Shown piece by piece: positions 22,591 to 30,200 of a DNA stretch of 32,000 nucleotides. Both the position numbers and the translations under genes were made by a program. Origin of the DNA: Candidatus Iainarchaeum sp. (GTDB taxonomy: Archaea; Iainarchaeota; Iainarchaeia; Iainarchaeales; VGJJ01); the NCBI GenBank assembly GCA_030688545.1, contig JAUYHT010000006.1, positions 210,001-242,000 on the forward strand, in the 5' to 3' direction. The notes below the pieces were generated by a model. It saw only the letters and a program-made list of their open reading frames with translations. It was not told the origin of the DNA and ran no database searches. Positions within the stretch are counted from its first letter, which is position 1. Each line of letters starts with the position of its first letter.

Positions 22591-22649
22591 TATATACCAG
22601 CCCACTCGCATTCCCTCATCGTCCTCGATTGGGACAGGAAGGTTATCGC

Positions 22650-23210
22650 ATGAAAACCACGATGATGCTTGGCATTGGATTGTTCCTATTCACCTTCGGT
22701 TGCCTGGCCGCGACCGCTCCCGAATCGGATTTGGAAACGTCCATGGTGAATGAATCCGGGGCCATGAAAAAGGATGGGGATGCCATGATGGACACGGATG
22801 GGGAGGCCATGTCCAAGACGGAAAACGGATCCATGGGAATAATAGACGATGCGAGCGTTTCTCCATTCCTCCAATATGTGCCATTCACCCAGTCGGCGTA
22901 TGCGCAGGCTAAGGCTGATGGTAAAACCATTTTTCTTGAATTCTATGCCAATTGGTGTCCTATTTGCCGCGCGCAGGCGCCGGCTCTTGAATCCGGTTTA
23001 GTCAAAATCCAATCTGACAACCTCGTGGCCTTCCGCGTGAATTACAATGATTCCGATACCGATGCGGATGAATCGGCTTTGGCTAAGAAATTCAATATTA
23101 TTTACCAGCACACCCACCTTGTAGTTGATGCGCAGGAAATAGTGCTCTTGCGTTCCCAGGAATCCTGGTCCGAGGAGGATGTGGTGGAGAAAATAGGGGC
23201 TTTCGCATAA
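22650..23210 (+). CDS. Thioredoxin-fold thiol:disulfide oxidoreductase lipoprotein
   Basis: AGGAAGG lies upstream of the ATG at 22650. Signal plus lipobox is MKTTMMLGIGLFLFTFGC. The active site is FYANWCPICRAQAP (CxxC). Confidence 0.75.
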   Translation: MKTTMMLGIGLFLFTFGCLAATAPESDLETSMVNESGAMKKDGDAMMDTDGEAMSKTENGSMGIIDDASVSPFLQYVPFTQSAYAQAKADGKTIFLEFYANWCPICRAQAPALESGLVKIQSDNLVAFRVNYNDSDTDADESALAKKFNIIYQHTHLVVDAQEIVLLRSQESWSEEDVVEKIGAFA

Positions 23211-23234
23211 GGTATATCTCTGGAAGCTTCTCCC

Positions 23235-23960
23235 ATGGTCGACATCACCTTACCCATTGCTTTCGTCGCTGGCTTGGTTTCATTCCTATCCCCTTGCGTT
23301 TTGCCCCTTCTCCCAGCCTTCCTCACTTTTATCGCGGGCACGACCCTCCAACAGGGCCATGAGATCACTAAGGAACAGCGCACCAAAATCTTTCTCGCTT
23401 CCCTGTTTTTCGTTCTGGGTTTCTCCGTGGTCTTTTCAGTTTTGGGGGTGTTGCTCCAGAGCGTGCTCCAAACCTATGCGTATGATGTGCGGTCCTATTT
23501 GGGTTTCATTGGGGGATCGCTCATTATCATATTTGGATTAATGATGATGGGCTACATCAAAATCCCCGCTCTCCAGCGCGAGCATAAATTGAAAGTCACG
23601 CAAACTCGGTATACGTTTCTCACGGCCTTCCTTTTCGGAGCGGCCTTCGCGGTGGGCTGGACTCCCTGCGTGGGCGCCGTTTTAGGAACCGTGCTCACCC
23701 TTGCGGCCACTAATCCGGGGGTGGCGTTGCCTCTCATGCTCGCGTATTCCCTGGGTTTAGGCATCCCTTTCCTCCTGGTGGGCGCCTTCATCACCCGCGC
23801 GCAAGGGATCATCCAGTGGCTTTCGCCTCATTTGCTAATCATTAATTGGATATTTGGTTTGCTCCTGGTAATATTAGGAATCCTCGTCTTCACGGGCCAA
23901 TTGGTGGTGTTGGCGAATGTGCTCACCGCTCCCTTCGTGGAGTGGGCGATGGGGAATTGA
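23235..23960 (+). CDS. ccdA: Cytochrome c biogenesis/thiol-disulfide electron transporter CcdA (DsbD family)
   Basis: Six-TM protein with the two conserved Cys motifs LSFLSPCVLPLLPAFL and GWTPCVGAVLG. It is adjacent to the thioredoxin-like partner. Confidence 0.8.
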   Translation: MVDITLPIAFVAGLVSFLSPCVLPLLPAFLTFIAGTTLQQGHEITKEQRTKIFLASLFFVLGFSVVFSVLGVLLQSVLQTYAYDVRSYLGFIGGSLIIIFGLMMMGYIKIPALQREHKLKVTQTRYTFLTAFLFGAAFAVGWTPCVGAVLGTVLTLAATNPGVALPLMLAYSLGLGIPFLLVGAFITRAQGIIQWLSPHLLIINWIFGLLLVILGILVFTGQLVVLANVLTAPFVEWAMGN

Positions 23961-24172
23961 AAAATAGAAATGAGTAATCATCCTCTTTTCCACATTCGAA
24001 CATTTCATTGGCGAACGCCCCGCGTTCGAGGTAACCGTGCAGCCGGCCGCATAGGGAAATTCTTTTTCGAGTTTGGTTTCGCGGAAAGGAGAATTGGCCG
24101 ATCCAGAAGGGAGATTTTTGCAAATGCTCTAGGGAGAATCTGCGGAACAAAAAAAAAATCCTTTTTCTTCCA

Positions 24173-25072
24173 TCACCTTTTTTTGGAAATAAAAGGGTCA
24201 AAAAAACGTTCCCACACCAATGGATAAACCAACGTGGCATACACTCCTATGAGGAAGAAGGCGGCGAAGGATACGATTTCATATCCCGGAACTAGGGATA
24301 TCTGCGCATAGACTTCCCAGGCCAACCATCCGGTAGTGAGCAAACCCCCTCCCAGGCGGATAACGGTGGGAACAGTGAATGGCAAAGGGGTGTGAGACGA
24401 TCGTTCTTCATACAACATGAAACCCGCGATGAATCCGAAGATAGCGCCCGCGTATATCATTGAATCCGGGGACACGAGAAACAATCCCAAACCGAGGATA
24501 CCTATGAGTCCGATTAACAATTCATTCTGGCGCGCGCGAATCTTTTGGATGAGCAAGGCCTGGTGGGTGATTTTGGAAAGGATGATGCCGATGAGGGTTC
24601 CAAGAATTATTCCAACTCCCACATCCAAGAGATAGTGCACCCCCAAATATACGCGTGACAATCCCACGAGGACCACGAGCAATACCCCCACTCCCAAGAA
24701 AGAAGGGGGCACCCATTTTTCTGTCATCATCTGGCTGAATTGGGTGCTTACCAGCATGGCATGCCCACTCGGGAAACCGAATTTTCCCATTCCATCCACA
24801 TATAATGGTTTGATCCCGTAGTCTATTCCCGGTCGCAGGCGCGCCACCGAGTACTTGAGTACCTCGGTGACCCCGCCCGCAATAATCAGGGCGAGCAATA
24901 CTCGCAAGGCCATCGGACGGCGATGCATCCAATACAAGCACAGGATGACGCCCCCCCAGAATACTGGCGACCCTAACCAGGTGAGTAGAATCATGAAGCC
25001 CGTCACTAGGGGCGACGCGGAGGATTGGAGGAGCTGGGAGAAAGCGACCTCGAATGGAAAAGGGACCTGCAT
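24173..25072 (-). CDS. PAP2 superfamily phosphatase (membrane)
   Basis: The three PAP2 motifs are present: KYSVARLRP (KX6RP), FPSGH (PSGH) and SRVYLGVHYLLDV (SRX5HX3D). There are extra C-terminal TM helices. Confidence 0.8.
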   Translation of the reverse strand: MQVPFPFEVAFSQLLQSSASPLVTGFMILLTWLGSPVFWGGVILCLYWMHRRPMALRVLLALIIAGGVTEVLKYSVARLRPGIDYGIKPLYVDGMGKFGFPSGHAMLVSTQFSQMMTEKWVPPSFLGVGVLLVVLVGLSRVYLGVHYLLDVGVGIILGTLIGIILSKITHQALLIQKIRARQNELLIGLIGILGLGLFLVSPDSMIYAGAIFGFIAGFMLYEERSSHTPLPFTVPTVIRLGGGLLTTGWLAWEVYAQISLVPGYEIVSFAAFFLIGVYATLVYPLVWERFFDPFISKKR

Positions 25073-25157
25073 GCGGGTACCAATGGATTTCCAAATAAAA
25101 AGGAATGGGGGTGTTTCGATGGGACGTTGAGCCTATTGGTAGGTCGAACGATCGAAT

Positions 25158-25181
25158 GAAAAAAAGACATGGGACCGCTCG
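25158..25181 (-). repeat. Duplicated tRNA-Pro 3'-end fragment plus flank (direct repeat of 25225-25249)
   Basis: aaaaaaagacatgggaccgctcg occurs at 25159-25181 and again at 25227-25249, where it forms the 3' acceptor end of tRNA-Pro plus 11 nt of flank. The upstream copy continues tccctgaac versus gatttgaac in the tRNA. Confidence 0.8.
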
Positions 25182-25237
25182 TCCCTGAACACGGAGCCTT
25201 TTAAAAAAAGGCTCGCGAAAAAAAGAAAAAAAAGACA

Positions 25238-25310
25238 TGGGACCGCTCGGATTTGAACCGAGGTCAACAGCTCCCAAAGCTGCCATCCTACCAGGCTAGA
25301 CGACGGTCCC
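25238..25310 (-). tRNA. tRNA-Pro (anticodon UGG)
   Basis: Minus strand is GGGACCG-TC-GTCT-AGCCTGGTA-GGAT-G-GCAGC-TTTGGGA-GCTGT-TGAC-CTCGG-TTCAAAT-CCGAG-CGGTCCC-A. The cloverleaf folds by hand, with anticodon loop U33-UGG-G37. It is 73 nt and has no encoded CCA. Confidence 0.9.
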
Positions 25311-25372
25311 CCCTACTTAGTAGTTGGTCGGGCAAGATTTAACTATCTACTGTGGTGGGGATTTTCAAATGA

Positions 25373-25879
25373 TTATGGTTGAATCCGGGATTGAAGTTCT
25401 TGCGCCACGTCCCCATCATGCTCCACCCCAATGAGGGTGACTTTCTGGTACATTTCACCCTCCCGATAAGTGAGGGTGATTTTTCCAATACCCATGCGGG
25501 AGGAGGCCCAGTCTTGGGTGGCCTTCACCCCCACCATCGCCAAATAGGGAATGAAGAAAACCCGCGTGGGGGTTTTCATCCATAATCCTTTATCCGTGAG
25601 CCACGCGTCCCTCTGGAGCACGTCCACGCGCCACAGCCACCGCATTACTGCTCCCACCAGCAAGGCCAAACCCGCAATGACAATGGCTTGGAAGAGGAAA
25701 ATCTTCCAATTCCCCGCGTTGGTGCGATAGGTGTGAAGGAGAAAAATGAGGAGACCGATGAACCATACCCCCATGAGGGGCGAGGCGAGGATAGAATAGT
25801 AGGTGATGGTCCGCGGACTCGTCTTGATCTCATGGAGGATGGTTTCTCCCGGAGCGAGAGGGGGGATATTAGGTTCCAT
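25373..25879 (-). CDS. Membrane protein with bacterial PH-like (bPH_2/DUF304, YdbS-like) domain
   Basis: GETILHEIKTSPR, two TM helices, then AWLTDKGLWMKTP...IPYLAMVGVKATQDW..RMGIGKITLTY. This is the typical bPH_2 topology. Confidence 0.6.
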   Translation of the reverse strand: MEPNIPPLAPGETILHEIKTSPRTITYYSILASPLMGVWFIGLLIFLLHTYRTNAGNWKIFLFQAIVIAGLALLVGAVMRWLWRVDVLQRDAWLTDKGLWMKTPTRVFFIPYLAMVGVKATQDWASSRMGIGKITLTYREGEMYQKVTLIGVEHDGDVAQELQSRIQP

Positions 25880-25942
25880 TACAAGGAAAAAAATCCCCCG
25901 GGAGTAAATAAAGGAGGGTGACCATCCCCAAAGAAAAAAAGG

Positions 25943-26806
25943 TCATTTTTTCTTCCGGAGCAAGCGTTTGAGTCCCGGTATCTCTATCTGGGAGGCTTCT
26001 GTGAATAAACCCCGGATGCGGAACAGTTTGCGTGCCAAATATGTGGAGGCATAGGAAGGCAAATGGTCATCCTTAACCTCCCGGGATGCCATTTCTTTGA
26101 TGTAGGATAAAGTCGCACTCGGTTTGGCCGTTTTATCCGGGGCATTTTCAACCAGCCCCGGGAGTTGCTCTCCACCCAAAGACAGGAGATAAGCCTCGAA
26201 TCGATTTTCCAAACTCACTTTGTAGGAGGACATGAATTCCATGAATGTTCGCGGATCCGCCCCCTCAGTAATGCGGTATTTCTTGATGCATTTCCATTTG
26301 GGATAGTTGGCGATGAACTGGATGAATCCTCCGTGCACGTCCATGGGGGGGAATACTCCGCCATAGCTAACACTCAAACCCTCCCGCTCAATCAGCTTCC
26401 GCGCACACCGAGCGCGGATGAATTGCTGCATCTCCTTCTTCTCTTTGGCCTGCCACCCCGGTTGATCGGTGGCCGTTGTAATGGCTTGCCCCATCTTGCG
26501 CGCCGTGAGCATAGGAAAGGCTTTGTCCGGATTAGGTTCCCCTAAGGCCTCCCCGAGTATTGCATCCACCTCAACCAGGGAAACAGCTTTCCCCAGGTAA
26601 GAGTCGATGGCAGCATCCGCCCCCCTGAGGGCCATGGGAAATATTCCCAATTGGACAGGCGTGCGGATGTCGTCCACAATAGGAATGCGCTTGCTCTCAT
26701 TCCAATTCCCCAATTCCACCTGAAAATCAACGTATCCGGGTTCCATTCGTATACTGGGGGGCTGGACCATTATAAATCCGTATTGAGGGGCCGCTTTCTC
26801 CTCCAT
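25943..26806 (-). CDS. Hypothetical protein (287 aa)
   Basis: Long ORF with composition matching its neighbours and no competing frame. No motif recognised. Confidence 0.55.
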   Translation of the reverse strand: MEEKAAPQYGFIMVQPPSIRMEPGYVDFQVELGNWNESKRIPIVDDIRTPVQLGIFPMALRGADAAIDSYLGKAVSLVEVDAILGEALGEPNPDKAFPMLTARKMGQAITTATDQPGWQAKEKKEMQQFIRARCARKLIEREGLSVSYGGVFPPMDVHGGFIQFIANYPKWKCIKKYRITEGADPRTFMEFMSSYKVSLENRFEAYLLSLGGEQLPGLVENAPDKTAKPSATLSYIKEMASREVKDDHLPSYASTYLARKLFRIRGLFTEASQIEIPGLKRLLRKKK

Positions 26807-26904
26807 CTCTTATCCTATTTCATTGAGGGAACCCCTATCCCTATTTTTCCCAAGCAGGAGCCTAATGGTTTATATCCGCCATCCCCGAGGAATGTATTTC
26901 CCAT

Positions 26905-27183
26905 ATGACTAATCGTATGACCCTCACCGAGAAATGCCAGCGCTTTTTCCACCAGGTTCGCCACTTCGAGGTAAAGCAGGGTTTGGCGTTCGGGAGGTAC
27001 ACGCTTTCCGATTACCTTCTGTTCCTCACTGTAGGTATTTGGTTCGCCGCGATTCTACAGGGGTTTTTTTCCCAGGAAATATTATTCCAGATGGGTGGGG
27101 TTGTCCTTGTTCTTCTCCTCGCTTACCACATCGCCCTCTTCCTCGTTTCGGGGGGCCGGGGACGCGTCGTTGACTTCGTGTAA
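26905..27183 (+). CDS. Small membrane protein (2 TM), hypothetical
   Basis: 92 aa with helices YLLFLTVGIWFAAILQGFF and MGGVVLVLLLAYHIALFLV. Divergent from the 25943-26806 gene. Confidence 0.45.
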   Translation: MTNRMTLTEKCQRFFHQVRHFEVKQGLAFGRYTLSDYLLFLTVGIWFAAILQGFFSQEILFQMGGVVLVLLLAYHIALFLVSGGRGRVVDFV

Positions 27184-27261
27184 ATCCTGGGAGAAAAAAA
27201 TAACTCATATAGTTGTTCCAACTATTTTCCCCAAATAAATTGAATGCCGCCCAATTTTATC

Positions 27262-30200
27262 TCATGTTGCCAGGCCAAAGAGCTTGAGCACTAAACCAAA
27301 CAAATAAAGAATAGGACTCGCCAACGCCACCACGAACGCATAAATGGAATTAGGCAGACTCACCGAACAGAAATTGGGACAGATACCCCCACAATCCACC
27401 CCCAACTCCCCCACATCCTTCACTTCATTCGTACACGCCGAAATAGTAGAAATGGGGCACCCCTCATCCACTTGGCTATCACAATCATTGTCGATGCCAT
27501 CGCACAACTCGAGCGTCGGCACACACGTTTGAGGACCACCGCCGCCGCCACCGCCGCCACCACCACCGCCCCCACTGTCACCACCACCGCCCCCGGGCCC
27601 GGGTGGAGGCTCGGGCGCCGCGCGGGCATCCGCACAACTTGTATTGGAAAACGAATCACCCCTAATATTCTCAGCGAGCACCACAAAACAATACCCCTCT
27701 TCCGGGATCCCCGTATACGTGTAGGGGCTCGACGATTGTAAATTCACTACCCACCGGGTATTGTTGGCCGGATCGTCAAATTCCTGCCGGGAAATGCCCC
27801 CGCTGGCCACGGGATCGGATTCCAAAATCCCGCGGAGGATATAGATAGGCGCGGGCTGCCCGCCCGCATTCGTCCAGGTAACATTCACGCGTCCCGTGGC
27901 CGTGCCTGTGGCTGCGGTGACCGTGAAGCTTCCCGGCGGGGAATCCGATGAGCGCGCGGTAGCGCAGGAAGTGGTTGAATACGAGAACCCGTACGCATTC
28001 GTGGCCTTCGCGGCAAAGCAATAATCCGTGCTCGCCATCCCCGTGAACAGGAAGGGGTTGGAGGGATTGGTCTGGTCGTAATCCCATACCGTGCCCCCCT
28101 CGAACTCGCCGGAATCAATAATTCCATCAAGCGCGATGGGGTGGGAGGCCAATATCCCGCGAAGGATATAATCCACGGGCGCCGTTCCCCCAGCAAGGTC
28201 CCAGGCCACGTTCACCGTTCGGGCGGAGGGACCCGTGGTGGCGACCACATCGAAGTTGCCCGGGGGGTTATTGGCCGAGGTCTGCGAGGTCACCGTCAAA
28301 GGCATCGAATTAGAAACTATTCCGGGAGCGTTGCGCACGCGCACCGGGTAATCCGTGCTCCCCGTGGAACCCGCTCCCCCCAGGGCTTGGATTTGGGCCG
28401 CCGTCAGGTTGAAGCGCAATAGTGTCCCCCCCTGGTTCACAATATTAGGGGAAATAGGGGGGAGATTCCCCACGAGTATTTCAGAGTAGGTCTGGAAGTT
28501 GCTCCCCGTGAGGGCGATGGTGTAGTCCGAATCCTCTTCAACCGATTGGGGGGAAATCAGCGTGAGGATGGCCGGGGCTTCCGTTATGGTTAATATCAAT
28601 CCGTTGGAGGTCCTGCTCCCATTCACCACAAACACATTGTGGGGTCCGACTCCCAACAATTGGGTCTGGGTGGCCGTGAGGGTAAACGTGAGGGAATTGC
28701 CATTGGGGTTCACGGCATCCGGTGTCAATAAAGGAAGAGTACCCACGCGCACTTTGGAATACGGGGTAAATTTGCTCCCAGATAGGGTGAATTGCTGGAT
28801 CCCCCCCACTTGGACCGAATTGGGGTTGATGTTTGTAAGTGTAGGGGTGGGATCGGTGATCGTTAATGTCTTCGAATTGGAATTAATGAGGGTGTTGATG
28901 ACCAATACGGTATGGAGGCCCACCCCCAGATTATTGTTCACTTGATCCAGGGAGGGATTGACCCGCAGCATGTCGGGAAGCGTGATGGTGGGGCTGCTGA
29001 AGGTCACGCTCCCTATTTTCACGCTGGGATTGGCGCCGAAATAATTGGATTGCAGGTTGATGGGGGGATTCGTATTGTATTCGATGGCCGAGGGGGTGAC
29101 ATTCAGCAATATGGGGGCGGAAATGACCAATTGTTGAGCGTTGGATGTTTGGCTGCCCGAGGTAACCGTCACGTTATGCGCATTTACTCCCAGGGAAAGG
29201 GTTTGGGCCGGTGTCAGGGAATACGTGAGCTGTGCGGCGTTCACCATCATCACCTGCGTGCAGGGCACGGCGAGCGCCCCCACCTTCAGGGTTCCAATCG
29301 TGCAGCTCACCGGGAAATTGGTTCCGTTTAATGTAATCACGGGTGAGGGGGCGTTGTAGGCGATGGTATTGGGGTTCATTCCGGAGGTAGTTGGAGCGCC
29401 TCCTCCGCCACCGGCCAATCCATCGAGGGCCCCCGCTTCGTGCGGGGATAGACGGAGGGTATTGGTAATATCCTCCGGCACCAAATAAGTCACATTGGCC
29501 GTGCCGATTATGGCTCCCGTGTCGGAAGGCCTGAACCCCAGGAAGTTTCCTCCATACGAATAATTATTTCCCCATCCCGTACTGGGCGGAGTTGTAAAAT
29601 CCGTTAATCCTTGTCCGATTACATATCCCGTGCTCATGTTTCGCACGCCACTCGTGATGGTATTATTGGTTTGGTGCATGGCCACGACATTCCCAACTAA
29701 TATTCCCTGATTACTCGTTCCCGATAGGAGTTGAATCGTGTAGGCGCCCGGACTCCCTTGATGATTATACACCACGTTATTCGCCAGCACCAATCCCGGT
29801 TGACCGTTCCAGGCAACTAATCCAATGCCATATCCGTTATTGGTATTGAATACAGTATTGTGAGATATTTCCAAATAATCCAAAGAGGCAGTATTATGAG
29901 TACCGTCAATGGCCTTATTCCCAATACGAGCGGTTACCAAATTGTTTCTGAAAACATGCCTCCCATTTTCGAATTGTACCCCATTATCGGAGCAATCATG
30001 GATCACATTTTTCTCGATGATGTTGCGTTGGTTAGAGAAATACGTTCCCGCGTGGGAAAGATCAAACCACATGCAGGGCCAATATCCTGCCGAATCGCCA
30101 TAATAATTGTACGCCGCATGGTGAACATGGTTTTCCGCCACCCAATTGGAATGGGAACCCCTATTCAATTGGATTCCCGCAGCCTGCTTTCCGGTGTGAT

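Noticed and set aside
23961-24172. Possible ncRNA or small gene (track ORF 23970-24227) in the 210-bp convergent gap between ccdA and the PAP2 gene
   Set aside because: There is only one short hairpin (cgaacgc-ccc-gcgttcg, about 24011-24029) and A/T runs, which is consistent with terminators. The ORF is basic, low-complexity and overlaps the PAP2 3' end.
24522-25286. 254-aa minus-strand ORF spanning the PAP2 gene and tRNA-Pro
   Set aside because: It is out of frame with a gene that carries all three PAP2 motifs, and it reads through a tRNA. The Arg/Pro/Gly-rich composition indicates a spurious frame.
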